Shown here: one piece after another, positions 1 to 8,835 of the stretch
How the letters are laid out: each line of letters opens with the position of its first letter
Numbering within the stretch: position 1 is the stretch's first letter
Assembly (NCBI GenBank): GCA_016214755.1
Contig: JACRNX010000019.1
Span: 1-55,539 of the forward strand
Length of the DNA stretch: 55,539 bases
Source of the DNA: Candidatus Falkowbacteria bacterium
GTDB lineage: Bacteria > Patescibacteriota > Patescibacteriia > UBA11705 > JABHMO01
Direction of reading: 5' to 3'
Notes under the pieces: model-generated
Seen by the model: only the letters and a program-made list of their open reading frames with translations
What the model was told of the DNA's origin: nothing
Databases searched by the model: none
Made by a program: the position numbers and the translations under genes

Positions 1-148
1 ACCTTAAAAAACAACACCGACAACAAATAGCCGCGCAGCAAAAGGTCGAAAAATTCAAAAAAATAATCCCTCGTTTGGGAACATTCTTAATTGCAGAGCC
101 GAGAAGAGTTCGGCAACATTCCTTAATTGCTTGACACGTAGCTGACAT
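1..148 (-). CDS. Possible 5' part of a gene running off the window edge
   Basis: ATG at 146-148 on the minus strand opens a frame (MSATCQAIKE...LLRGYLLSVLFFK) with no stop before position 1; too short to identify. Confidence 0.3.
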   Translation of the reverse strand, partial: MSATCQAIKECCRTLLGSAIKNVPKRGIIFLNFSTFCCAAICCRCCFLR

Positions 149-253
149 TATAGCGTTGTTGTTTCGCGTAAAACGTTATCAATAATTTACATTGTAATTT
201 GCGCTAGATTTAGTCCTTTTTAAGTTAATCGGAAATAAATTTGTTAATGACTA

Positions 254-282
254 TTGACAAGAATTGAAGGATTTGCTATAAT
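254..282 (+). promoter_or_regulatory. Consensus sigma-70 promoter
   Basis: TTGACA-17 bp-TATAAT. Confidence 0.8.
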
Positions 283-375
283 GCTTTGTTCATTGGCCAG
301 AATGCTTGTCTAGCTGATGAAAATAAGCAATTAGTTTATTGGCTTTAATGCGCGTAATAACCAAGGGGGGAAAAG

Positions 376-528
376 ATGAGAAGGCAGAAGCAATGGGACA
401 GGGAACGCGTTTATCGCGGCATCGCGCGGAAAATCATTGGTCCGGTGCCAGCGACGAAGCCACATTCGACAAAAAAGGGAAAGAAGGGTTATCAGCGGTG
501 CAGCGGCAAAGCGGTGCTCGTTGAATAG
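376..528 (+). CDS. 50-aa basic protein, ArfA-like candidate (absent from the ORF track)
   Basis: MRRQKQWDRERVYRGIARKIIGPVPATKPHSTKKGKKGYQRCSGKAVLVE; G-rich SD upstream, perfect promoter, downstream hairpin; KKGKxGYxR resembles ArfA KKGKGSYxR. Confidence 0.6.
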   Translation: MRRQKQWDRERVYRGIARKIIGPVPATKPHSTKKGKKGYQRCSGKAVLVE

Positions 529-551
529 AAAGGGAAAAATGCGAACAAACG

Positions 552-585
552 AAAAACGAGGGAATCCGAATGATCTCCTCGTTTT
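552..585 (+). terminator. Probable intrinsic terminator hairpin
   Basis: aaaacgaggga...tctcctcgtttt inverted repeat followed by a T-rich tract. Confidence 0.5.
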
Positions 586-642
586 AGTTTGCTTTTATTT
601 TTAGAGATATTTTGCTCCGCAGTTCTATTTTTGTCTTTTTTA

Positions 643-666
643 ACTACCAACTACCACCTACAACCT
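643..666. repeat. CTAC-type heptamer tandem array
   Basis: actaccaactaccacctacaacct, same unit family as 18711-18807, 23058-23544, 32213-32372 and 39667-39820. Confidence 0.6.
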
Positions 667-703
667 CAAGTCAAAACGACGTTCGGAATTCTTAGATTTT
701 AAA

Positions 704-2686
704 TTATGGCTTCACGGTTCCGTCGCCGGGCGCGAATTTATCTTGCTCGAGCGCGGTCGTTAAAATATTTTTCGTCCGCGTGATGATGGCGTCGGTCAGC
801 GCGTCTTTGGCGATTAACGTAGCGGTGCCAGTCAGTTCCAGTAATTTACCGACGTCTTCATTTTTAGGATAGACGACGAGGCTGAAATTGGCATGCGCTT
901 CTTTGATTGATTCTGGCAGGCGATTAATTTTCCAAGTTACTTTTCGCGTTATTTCGTCGAAGAAAATATCGCCGGCGCCCGCTTTTTTTTCTTCCATCCA
1001 GCTAACGTAATTTGGCAAGCTGGCGGAAACGCTAATATCTTTGATTTCGTGGATGTCGTTGGATAAATCCCAAAAAATTTTCAATTTAGTGGGTTGTTCC
1101 GCTTGGAAAGGCAAGGGTCCGCTGCCAATCGGCGTGCCGTCGTCGAAATAGTAAAGCGCCTTGACTCCGAGATTGGCGCTTGAGCTTAAAGTTAAGATCA
1201 CCGGACTACTTTTTATCGCCGGCACGCTTTCCGTGCTGGTGGAAATATCAAGTTCCGAGCGCGCCTCGATTATCGTCTGATTCAAATCAGGCAGATTGGT
1301 CAGTTCTGAATACGTTTTGAGCGGCAGGGAAAAATCAATCGAGACGTCCCGCCCGGCGTTTAATTTTTTCAGTTCCGCGATTTGCGTTTCGTCCCAGAAT
1401 ATTTCCTTGCCCGTTTCAGTTTTTTTTATTTTTCCAAAATGTTTATCGTCAATTTTATTCCAATTGAAAATGTCCGCGCCGCTTATTTGCAACACTGTTT
1501 TCGCTTTCAGATTTTCAAAAACCGTCTGGCCGTTGTTTTTAATCACCAAAGAAAAAGTCAATTGGTCTCCCAAATTTATATTTCTGTTTTCCGTCGCTCC
1601 GTTTATGATAAGAAAAGTATTGAGCGGCTGGTCATTGATTTTGATTGAAAATTTTTCTTCTTTGATGATTATGTATTGCCCGGCCGCGTCGCTGGCGAGC
1701 AGTTGAACCAGAAAATTCTGCTCGCGTTCACTGTCCTTTGCGAAGCTGGTGGCCGCGGGAAAGACGCCTTCGATATTGATTTCTTTATTTTCCTCTCCGC
1801 CGGCCAGTTGATTAATGAGCCAGCCGCGATTATCTTCCGCGGCCGCCGGCTGAGCGAACGCGAATTGAAAATTTTTTGGATAAGTGAAAAGGATTTTTAT
1901 GTTTTTTAATATTTCGCTTTCTTCATTTTTTAATTTCGTCTTTATGTTGACTTTTTGTCCGAGAACGACATTAGCGGAAAAATGAAAAGCGAGATTCAGC
2001 CGCGGCGCTTCAAGCAGAACGCTGTACGTTGTTTCCTTGGAAAATTCGGAATTAAAATTTTCCGGCTTGAATATTAATTTGGCGGTCAGCGTTTGCGCGT
2101 CGCCCGGCGCGTCAATGATCCGGCCGGTGATTTTTAAAATTCCTTCTTGACCGGCTGCCAGTTCTCCGATCGAAAAACTGTGATTTTGAAGCGTTGGTTC
2201 AGCTTTTTCAATTATCAGGCCTTTGGGATATTGCAGGGACAAACGCGCGTTGGACAGTTTGAGCGCGCCTTGGTTTTTGTACGATATTTGATAATCAAAG
2301 GGTTCATTGACGCTGATTTTCTCCGGCGCCTGAATTTCAAGAAGCAGTTTCTCGCTTTGAAACGGCCTTTCACCCTGAAAATACAAAAAGCCGGCGGCCG
2401 CGGCGGCCAGCAGTAAAATGGAGAGGCCGAGCGCGAGAGCGAGCAGATATTGGCGATGGCGCGTCCGGCTTTTTTCAATCAAAATTTTTAAGGAAGAATT
2501 TTCGTCTTCCTTTTTTTTAGCGCCATCGGCGCTGATTTCCTGATTTTGATTTTCAGATTCCGTTTCCTCGTACAGCGTTATCAATTCTTGAATGGGATTT
2601 TCTGCCGGGGCCTTGATTTTATGCCGGCGGAATCGCAAAGAAAATCGCCGCTTATTTTGCATATGGGGCCTGTCGTCAAATGTCAT
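704..2686 (-). CDS. Membrane-anchored hypothetical protein with tandem Ig-like (DUF11-like) domains
   Basis: 660 aa; single TM helix (YLLALALGLSILLLAAAAAGFLYF) followed by repeated beta-rich YxNxG modules. Confidence 0.7.
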   Translation of the reverse strand: MTFDDRPHMQNKRRFSLRFRRHKIKAPAENPIQELITLYEETESENQNQEISADGAKKKEDENSSLKILIEKSRTRHRQYLLALALGLSILLLAAAAAGFLYFQGERPFQSEKLLLEIQAPEKISVNEPFDYQISYKNQGALKLSNARLSLQYPKGLIIEKAEPTLQNHSFSIGELAAGQEGILKITGRIIDAPGDAQTLTAKLIFKPENFNSEFSKETTYSVLLEAPRLNLAFHFSANVVLGQKVNIKTKLKNEESEILKNIKILFTYPKNFQFAFAQPAAAEDNRGWLINQLAGGEENKEINIEGVFPAATSFAKDSEREQNFLVQLLASDAAGQYIIIKEEKFSIKINDQPLNTFLIINGATENRNINLGDQLTFSLVIKNNGQTVFENLKAKTVLQISGADIFNWNKIDDKHFGKIKKTETGKEIFWDETQIAELKKLNAGRDVSIDFSLPLKTYSELTNLPDLNQTIIEARSELDISTSTESVPAIKSSPVILTLSSSANLGVKALYYFDDGTPIGSGPLPFQAEQPTKLKIFWDLSNDIHEIKDISVSASLPNYVSWMEEKKAGAGDIFFDEITRKVTWKINRLPESIKEAHANFSLVVYPKNEDVGKLLELTGTATLIAKDALTDAIITRTKNILTTALEQDKFAPGDGTVKP

Positions 2687-5220
2687 TCAGCGATGAAAGC
2701 GAGCAAAGCGTCGTCCGCGAGAGATGACTCGAGTTTTATTTGGTCAAAATGGTTTATGGCCGCGTGGCCGAAGGTTTTTGTCGCGCTATATCCTGTCGGC
2801 AAATTGATGGTAATATTGAATTTCGTGTTTTGAACGCCGGATTGTTTTTGCAGGAGAAAGGAATAAAATTCTGGATGTTTTTCGTTCGAGAAAATCGTTA
2901 ATTTTGATTTTTGGGCGGCGCTGAAGCGAAAAGGCAGGCGATATTTTATTATCAATTGTCGCTCTTCGCCAGAGTCAACCTGCAACCAGTTGCCGAAGAC
3001 GGTTTTATCGAATTCATTGTTTATTTGCGTCCCTGAAGTCGGATCAATCCATATCTTGCCTTGAATTCCGGCGAGCCATTCGTCTTCTTGCCAAGCGGTC
3101 TCGGGTTTTTCGAATTTGTTCGCCGGCACCGAGCTGTGGCCGGTAATTTCCAAAAGTTCGCTACCGGCCGGAGTGTAAATCCTCACGAAAGACAGGTTTG
3201 ATATTTTGCCGAATTGGTCGTTCGCGCTGCCCGTGTGTTTCCGGGAAATGGCGAGCGTGTTGATGATCGTTCCGTCGTCCGCGATATTGGAAACAAGATT
3301 AATGTTTTGCTCGATGAACGCATCGGTCTTTCCACCACCGATATTTGAACTTACGACGGCTAAGTAATCCCGTGAGCTATTAAGCATTTTCCCCGCCCAG
3401 CCGTAGCTGGCGATTTTTTCTTCAATCGCTTGATTGGCGAAATAGAGCTGAATGTCTTTTTCTGCCAGCCCTTTTTTCACGGCTTGAGCGATGGTGATGA
3501 TTGTTTTTTTGTCGGCGCCAAACAGTTTTTTCAAAAATTCAGGCGCTAAGTCGGCTAAAAGCTGTTTGGGTTTGGCCGTGTTTTTCAGCGCGCTGGTGGA
3601 TTTTTGAAGTTCGATGATGAAATTTTTCGCGTTCAGCGATTGGCCGTAGTCAGGCAAATTAATCGGGCCGATTATTTCCAAAATGGCGGGAATCAATGAC
3701 GCGTTCACGCTGATGACGCCGTCAACAGTCGGTCCGCCGGCGTTTTCGTAGAACCATTTAATTTTTTGGGCGGAAGAAGGGAAATCCGGCAGCCAGTTCG
3801 CGTCCTGCATTTCCCAAAGCGGATTAATGACGGTTAGGGGATAAGGCGCTTTCCGTTTCGCCAGCAAAGAACCTTGCAGGTCGTAACTGCCGCCGCTGGG
3901 AATTTCTATATTTTTTATTTCGCCGCGGTCAATGTCAACCAAGGCGAAACTGCCGATAAATCCGCCGGTGGCGCGGATTTCATTGTTGTTTTGAAAAACG
4001 AAAAGATACCGCCGTAAGTAGTCCGCCCCAAGGATTTCATTGATTGTTTTCGAGAGTTCGGAAAATTCCGTTAAATCATTCGCCAGGGACGAAAGATAAT
4101 TTTTAATTTGGCTGAATTGCGCGCGCTTGTTTTCCGGTAGCGCCTCTGGCCGGATTTTGTTCATAAGCGAATTGACGCTATTTACTTTTCCGGCGATTGA
4201 CGAAATGTCGCTTTCCGCGTTCGCTAAACGTTCAGTTAGTTTTTTATCCGACGATTTCAGCGCTTCGAACGCGTTGGTGATTTGCTGGCCAATGTCCGCC
4301 GCCGCCGCGCCGGCGTCAAGTAGGTACTCGGCGTCAGCTAAATTTGGTCCGGTTCGCGGAATGAGATTGATGAGAATTTTAAGTCCGGCGTTAATTTTAT
4401 CTAGTTCGTTTTCCGCTTCAAATAAATTTTTTTCAGCGGCCGCGAATTGTTCGCGCGCTTCGCCGGTCTTTTCGTCAAGAAGATTTTGGCTGGCGATTTT
4501 TATGTCGGCATACGCTTCGGTCGCGTAATTCACGATTTTTGCCTGTGAATTTTTCAATTCATGATAATAGCCAAAGGCCTTGATCGGCGCGATGCATAGG
4601 AGGAAACCAAACGTGTAAATAACGATTTTTTTTGGCCAATCGTATGGTAAATTTAAATGATAAAACCAAGGCGCCTTGGTGAATTGTTCGCCATGCTCGT
4701 CATAATGTCGTTTTGACGGAAGATGATTTAAAACAGCGATTCGCTCTTCGTGTCTGAAAATAACCGTCGGCCCCAGCTCTCCAGCGGCTTTGTGTTTCGG
4801 CTTTTCGTTCGCCATGGACTTGGACGAAGTGGGTAGTTCGCGGCCGCGCCGTCTGAGCAGTGAAAGGATTCTTTTCTTCTCTGCTTTTTCTTTCTGTTTT
4901 TTGGCGAGTTCGGTTAAATCCAAAACAAAAGAGGAATGGCTGGAGCGCGCGGTCGTTGGTTTGACGATAATGTCAGTGTGATGATGAGGATGTTTGACGC
5001 CGATGGTTTCGCCGGCCGGCAGGAGTTTCGCCAATTCCTTCATGACTGATTGCTCAAGTTCGCGATTGGTGTCTTTTTGATGATGGGCGAGGATGCCGTC
5101 TATTTCATGCTGGAGCAAACCAAAGGTGAGCGGCTCGTTCGGTTTTTGGTTTTCGCCGCTTCGCGCGTCGCGTTTATTGAGGCGGATGTTAGGCGTGGTT
5201 TTTTTTATTTTTTTATTCAT
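2683..5220 (-). CDS. DUF4012 domain-containing membrane protein
   Basis: YLFVFQNNNEIRATGGFIGS, DANWLPDFPSSA, NIGGGKTD motifs; lies beside glycosyltransferases. Confidence 0.85.
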   Translation of the reverse strand: MNKKIKKTTPNIRLNKRDARSGENQKPNEPLTFGLLQHEIDGILAHHQKDTNRELEQSVMKELAKLLPAGETIGVKHPHHHTDIIVKPTTARSSHSSFVLDLTELAKKQKEKAEKKRILSLLRRRGRELPTSSKSMANEKPKHKAAGELGPTVIFRHEERIAVLNHLPSKRHYDEHGEQFTKAPWFYHLNLPYDWPKKIVIYTFGFLLCIAPIKAFGYYHELKNSQAKIVNYATEAYADIKIASQNLLDEKTGEAREQFAAAEKNLFEAENELDKINAGLKILINLIPRTGPNLADAEYLLDAGAAAADIGQQITNAFEALKSSDKKLTERLANAESDISSIAGKVNSVNSLMNKIRPEALPENKRAQFSQIKNYLSSLANDLTEFSELSKTINEILGADYLRRYLFVFQNNNEIRATGGFIGSFALVDIDRGEIKNIEIPSGGSYDLQGSLLAKRKAPYPLTVINPLWEMQDANWLPDFPSSAQKIKWFYENAGGPTVDGVISVNASLIPAILEIIGPINLPDYGQSLNAKNFIIELQKSTSALKNTAKPKQLLADLAPEFLKKLFGADKKTIITIAQAVKKGLAEKDIQLYFANQAIEEKIASYGWAGKMLNSSRDYLAVVSSNIGGGKTDAFIEQNINLVSNIADDGTIINTLAISRKHTGSANDQFGKISNLSFVRIYTPAGSELLEITGHSSVPANKFEKPETAWQEDEWLAGIQGKIWIDPTSGTQINNEFDKTVFGNWLQVDSGEERQLIIKYRLPFRFSAAQKSKLTIFSNEKHPEFYSFLLQKQSGVQNTKFNITINLPTGYSATKTFGHAAINHFDQIKLESSLADDALLAFIAE

Positions 5221-5293
5221 TTTGTTTTCGTATTTGAAATCAAGGGTTGTTTGCAGACGGTTTTCTCCGAAGGATAGCGAGAGGAGCGTTTTT

Positions 5294-5387
5294 TGTCATG
5301 CTGAGGTTCTCGAAGTATGACAGATGAAGAGTTTTTGTCGCCCTTCGAGAGCACTTCGACAAGCTCAGTGCATGCCTCAGGGTGACA
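5294..5387. repeat. GTCA-type REP-like palindrome cluster
   Basis: gtcatgctgagg-tctcgaag-atgac and gtcgcccttcgaga...cctcagggtgac, with a nested cttcgacaagctcag; related copies at 16140-16197 and 24751-24822. Confidence 0.75.
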
Positions 5388-5420
5388 AGTGGCGGGACAA
5401 GTTCGGGCTTAACTTCATTG

Positions 5421-5497
5421 AAGTGCCCCAGACCCCGTGATATGCACATTAGAAGTAAAAAGTACGGCTTAAAGACGGCAAAATTGAGTATTATTGA
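5421..5497. repeat. Dispersed repeat, copy 1 of 3
   Basis: aagtgccccagaccccgtgatatgc...ttaaagac, similar to 50168-50240 and 51363-51430. Confidence 0.6.
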
Positions 5498-5514
5498 TCA
5501 TTGAACGTTGATCA

Positions 5515-6636
5515 TTAATCATTAATTGCATTATATATTTCTAACGTTTGCTCGGCGCAGAGCCGCCAGTTAAATCTTTTCGCGTTTTTCAGCCCTTTTT
5601 CGATTATATTTTGTTTTAATTCTTTATCAGTTAAAACTTGGAATATTTTGTCAGCCATTTCAGCGCAATCACTCGGGTTGAAGAACAGTGCGGAATCTCC
5701 TAGTACTTCGGGCATTGACGTTGTATTCGTGGAGATAACCGGACAGCCGCATGCCTGCGCTTCAATGGCGATTAGGCCAAATCCTTCGATGAACGATGGC
5801 AGAACGAACGCATCCGCGGCGTTGTAAAGGATTGGCAGTTCGTCATTGCTGACATAACCAGTGGTGATAATGTCGTTTTTATACGGCGAAGCGTTGATTT
5901 CCGCTCGGACGTTGGTGTAGTGCAGGTCTTCGCGGCCGGCGAGCACGAGCTGATGCTCGATTTTGTGTTTGGTTTTCAGTAAATTAAACGCTTTGACCAA
6001 GCCCTCAATGTTTTTATGGCCGCGCCAGACGCCGAGGAAAAAAATGAATGGTTTCGCGATGTTAAACTTATTTTTTACTTTGTTAATTATACCACAATCA
6101 TTGATAATTTTAAAATTTTCGTCCACACCTTCGTAAATAATCGTGATTTTATCGGGGTTTATCGAAAAATGTTTGAGTAACGCGTCTTTTGTGCTTTGCG
6201 AGACAGCGATGATTTTCGACGCCTTATGTAGAGTGGAAGCGAAAACCGCGCGATACGCCAGCCGGCGGAATAGTGAATTCATCTTGTGTCCGGGAAAGAA
6301 AAGGGGAGTCAAATCATGAATGGTGCAAACGGACTTCTTCGGAAAAAAAATCGGCGAGTTAAAATGAGGATAATGGATTAAATCAAAGTCCTCCTTCATA
6401 AATTGAGAAGGCAGAAGGGTTTGTTCAGCATAACTGTACCATCTTGGAGTGACGAGACATTTATTAACGTGAGAAGTTGGAGGTTGGAAGTTGGAATAAG
6501 CAGGTTCGCGCAAAAACAAAACATACTCATTAACTTTGTCAATTTCAAATAAATTGTCCGTCAAATTTTTTATGTAGGTGCCGATGCCGGTGCATTCTTC
6601 GTTGCCGTACATGCGGGCGTCAATGGCGATGTTCAT
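5515..6636 (-). CDS. Glycosyltransferase family 4
   Basis: MNIAIDAR start, TIHDL, PSFIEGFGLIAIEAQACGCPV. Confidence 0.9.
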   Translation of the reverse strand: MNIAIDARMYGNEECTGIGTYIKNLTDNLFEIDKVNEYVLFLREPAYSNFQPPTSHVNKCLVTPRWYSYAEQTLLPSQFMKEDFDLIHYPHFNSPIFFPKKSVCTIHDLTPLFFPGHKMNSLFRRLAYRAVFASTLHKASKIIAVSQSTKDALLKHFSINPDKITIIYEGVDENFKIINDCGIINKVKNKFNIAKPFIFFLGVWRGHKNIEGLVKAFNLLKTKHKIEHQLVLAGREDLHYTNVRAEINASPYKNDIITTGYVSNDELPILYNAADAFVLPSFIEGFGLIAIEAQACGCPVISTNTTSMPEVLGDSALFFNPSDCAEMADKIFQVLTDKELKQNIIEKGLKNAKRFNWRLCAEQTLEIYNAIND

Positions 6637-6654
6637 AAATAACGAATAGTAATG

Positions 6655-6894
6655 TTAAAAAGCATATGTGATGTCTGTCCGCCTTTCTATCGTCAGGATT
6701 CTTATTGTCTCGCCGTTTTTATAAAAAATGATTCTTAAGCTTCCTTGGTGAACGCGGTAAATATCATCGCGGCCTTTTAATTTGGTAATATCAATATGGC
6801 TAAAATCGCCGCGCAAAATTTTTTCTAATAGAATCTTAATTTTCGTTTTCTCTTTCGGCCGCAATCGTCGCAGGGCTTTTGAAATTTTATCCAT
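6655..6894 (-). CDS. RelE/ParE-family toxin
   Basis: 79 aa, basic; KLKGRDDIYRVHQGSLRIIFY pattern; directly downstream of the antitoxin. Confidence 0.75.
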   Translation of the reverse strand: MDKISKALRRLRPKEKTKIKILLEKILRGDFSHIDITKLKGRDDIYRVHQGSLRIIFYKNGETIRILTIERRTDITYAF

Positions 6895-6895
6895 A

Positions 6896-7105
6896 TTAGA
6901 GCCGCTTTAATATTTCTTTAACGTCAACTCCGCCTTTTTTGATTTTCGTGAAATCAATTACTTCTTCCCACGCGCCTTCGTTCACAGGGGAGATTTTAAA
7001 GATTGGTTCAGAGCGCCGAATGACGATGAAGGATTGTCCGGTTTTTACTTTTTGACAGTACTCTCCCAGATTTTCCCGCAGTTCTTTTAGTTTGATGGTA
7101 GTCAT
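6896..7105 (-). CDS. Phd/YefM-family antitoxin
   Basis: MTTIKLKELRENLGEYCQKVKTGQSFIVIRRSEPIFKISP fits the Phd N-terminal pattern. Confidence 0.8.
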   Translation of the reverse strand: MTTIKLKELRENLGEYCQKVKTGQSFIVIRRSEPIFKISPVNEGAWEEVIDFTKIKKGGVDVKEILKRL

Positions 7106-7122
7106 ATTTTTTTACTCTACTT

Positions 7123-7175
7123 TAAGTTAAACTTAAGTTCATCCTTAGTTTAACTTAGTTATTTTATAATGTCAA
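7123..7175 (-). promoter_or_regulatory. TA promoter with overlapping palindromic operator
   Basis: TTGACA-17-TAAACT on the minus strand; 11-bp inverted repeat taagttaaact (7123-7133) / agtttaactta (7147-7157) overlaps the -10 box. Confidence 0.65.
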
Positions 7176-7262
7176 ATAACGTCGTATTATGGCGTATTTA
7201 CTGTCGAATTTAAAATGAAAAACCGTCCCTGTCGTGGACAGAAACGGTCGAGTGATCATTGT

Positions 7263-7643
7263 CTAATTACTTCGGCTTTTCATTTTGAAAAAGACGAAAT
7301 AGCCCAATGGTTGATAACTTTGTGCGCTATTCAAGTCTGGAGAGATTGTAACTACTTCCAGCTCGGAATGGTTTCGTAAAAACAAAGTCAATTCTTCAGT
7401 GAATCGTTTGCCAAATCCAGGAAAATAGTAGAATCCCTTGCCGTAGTCGCGCGGCGGAATCAGCGTTGTTTCGTCAGTATTCAAGATACTTTTTCCTGAA
7501 TTGTAACATTCGTAATTCCATGGATTCCCTTTTTCGATTTCCGGACAGGGGTCTTTGCAAGTGTTTCCTTGATTGCTTGTTTCCTCTTTTGGTAGGCACG
7601 CGGAGACAGCGATTATCAGAATGATGGCGGCGATTCGTTCCAT
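7263..7643 (-). CDS. Putative lipoprotein, paralog 3 of a tandem trio
   Basis: Lipobox-like VSAC; aaggagg SD; shared PxDYGxGxYYFP...FLxxHxELxVxxI...GYFV domain. Confidence 0.75.
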   Translation of the reverse strand: MERIAAIILIIAVSACLPKEETSNQGNTCKDPCPEIEKGNPWNYECYNSGKSILNTDETTLIPPRDYGKGFYYFPGFGKRFTEELTLFLRNHSELEVVTISPDLNSAQSYQPLGYFVFFKMKSRSN

Positions 7644-7664
7644 TTTTTACCTCCTTCAGATTTT

Positions 7665-7727
7665 CCCCCCTTAGAATAAGGGGGGTGGGGGGGTTATTCT
7701 CGAGGTCCCCCCTTTTTCCTCCCCTTA
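7665..7727. repeat. CCCC/GGGG-type palindromic repeat doublet
   Basis: ccccccttagaataagggggg; a related copy lies at 27797-27828. Confidence 0.55.
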
Positions 7728-8049
7728 TGGCAAAAAGTCATCGCCGATTTTTTTGCGTTTACAGACGACGAAGTAGCCGCTGATATAGCCACCGTTTTGC
7801 ATTTTTCGCTCGCCTTTATCATCTGGAGCAATAGACGTTATTTCCAATTCAGGATGTTGTTTGATGAATGTGGCCAATGAATTCGCGAATTCAGCGGCCA
7901 CGCAAGGAAAGTAGTAAACACCTTGGCCGTATTCTACTGGCAGAAGGATATTAGTTTTGCCAATGTTCTCGGGATTAGCGGCTGGTGATTTTTTCGCAAG
8001 CAAGTGAAAACAGTGAAAGCAACACAATCAAGATTGCGCGTTTGTCCAT
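7725..8049 (-). pseudogene. Putative lipoprotein, paralog 2, frameshifted in an A6 run
   Basis: ATG at 8049 gives signal MDKRAILIVLLSLFSLAC; removing one A from the run at 7989-7994 joins it to the shared domain in ORF 7725..8027. Confidence 0.7.
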
Positions 8050-8050
8050 T

Positions 8051-8515
8051 TTATTTCTCCTCTGTTGTGCTTGTTAGTTGTGTCTCGAAAACCACGAAAT
8101 AACCATTGCGTTCGCTGACTGAATCTTCGGCGATAGTGACGACGCGCAGTTCTGGATGCGCTTTCAGAAACATGGCCAGCGCTTTGGCGAAGTCCTGTTT
8201 GATAATCGGGAAAAAGTAGATTCCATGGCCAAAGTCGCGCGGCGGCAAAGGGATGTCTCTGTCCGGCGTTTTGCCCGCGTAATAGCATTTCGTATTCCAC
8301 GGGTTTTGCTTTTCGTCCTCAGAACACTGGTCGGCGGAGCAAGGCGGACAAGCTGGGCAGATAATTTTCCCTGTCTCTTGGTCAACTCTCGGAACAGCCG
8401 GGTTTGGAGGCAGGGGTTTGAATTGTATCGGCTCCCTTGATTTTCTTGATTGCGGTTCGCAGTTTGTCATTATCAGCGCGAGAAAAACTGTTGTGATTTT
8501 AAGGAACTTATTCAT
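8051..8515 (-). CDS. Putative lipoprotein/secreted protein, paralog 1
   Basis: Signal ending MTNC; aaaggagg SD; NPWNxxCY and PPRDFGHGIYFFP shared with paralog 3. Confidence 0.75.
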   Translation of the reverse strand: MNKFLKITTVFLALIMTNCEPQSRKSREPIQFKPLPPNPAVPRVDQETGKIICPACPPCSADQCSEDEKQNPWNTKCYYAGKTPDRDIPLPPRDFGHGIYFFPIIKQDFAKALAMFLKAHPELRVVTIAEDSVSERNGYFVVFETQLTSTTEEK

Positions 8516-8670
8516 CGCTAACCTCCTTTTTGGAGTTCAAATAAGCTTACATTATAGAAATAACTTTGTCAATAGCACAGAGACAAAAAAACAAGAAAAC
8601 AAAAAAACAAGAAATCAATGAAGAAAGGGCGCGTAATGCGTAAATGTGTCAGAACATTATTTAAAAAAGA

Positions 8671-8701
8671 ACGCCGCAGTTGGTTTGACCAACTGCGGCG
8701 T
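8671..8701. terminator. Intrinsic terminator hairpin
   Basis: acgccgcagttggt-ttg-accaactgcggcgt perfect stem, with a T-rich tail on the minus strand. Confidence 0.7.
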
Positions 8702-8706
8702 AAGCG

Positions 8707-8835
8707 TCAATGGACGCCCAAGAGCCATTTGAGCCCGCCGGCCGCGATGAAGCAGCCGATTATGACCAGAATCCCGACAGCGCAGAAGAACAACGTGTTC
8801 TTCCGTCTCCCCTCCTTCCCGTCTCCCGCGTTCAT
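8707..8835 (-). CDS. 42-aa single-TM small protein (absent from the ORF track)
   Basis: MNAGDGKEGRRKNTLFFCAVGILVIIGCFIAAGGLKWLLGVH; SD gaaaggag; followed by the terminator. Confidence 0.65.
   Translation of the reverse strand: MNAGDGKEGRRKNTLFFCAVGILVIIGCFIAAGGLKWLLGVH

Noticed and set aside
160-175. parS-like 16-mer tgtttcgcgtaaaacg
   Set aside because: Three mismatches to TGTTTCACGTGAAACA, single copy, and far from the ParB-like gene; could be chance
339-524. 61-aa track ORF
   Set aside because: TTG start with no SD; the overlapping 376..528 frame has an SD, an ATG and a recognisable motif
5240-5449. Short ORFs here and at 16106..16297, 44013..44237 and 12498..12683
   Set aside because: They are translations of palindromic repeats, with no SD or homology signal
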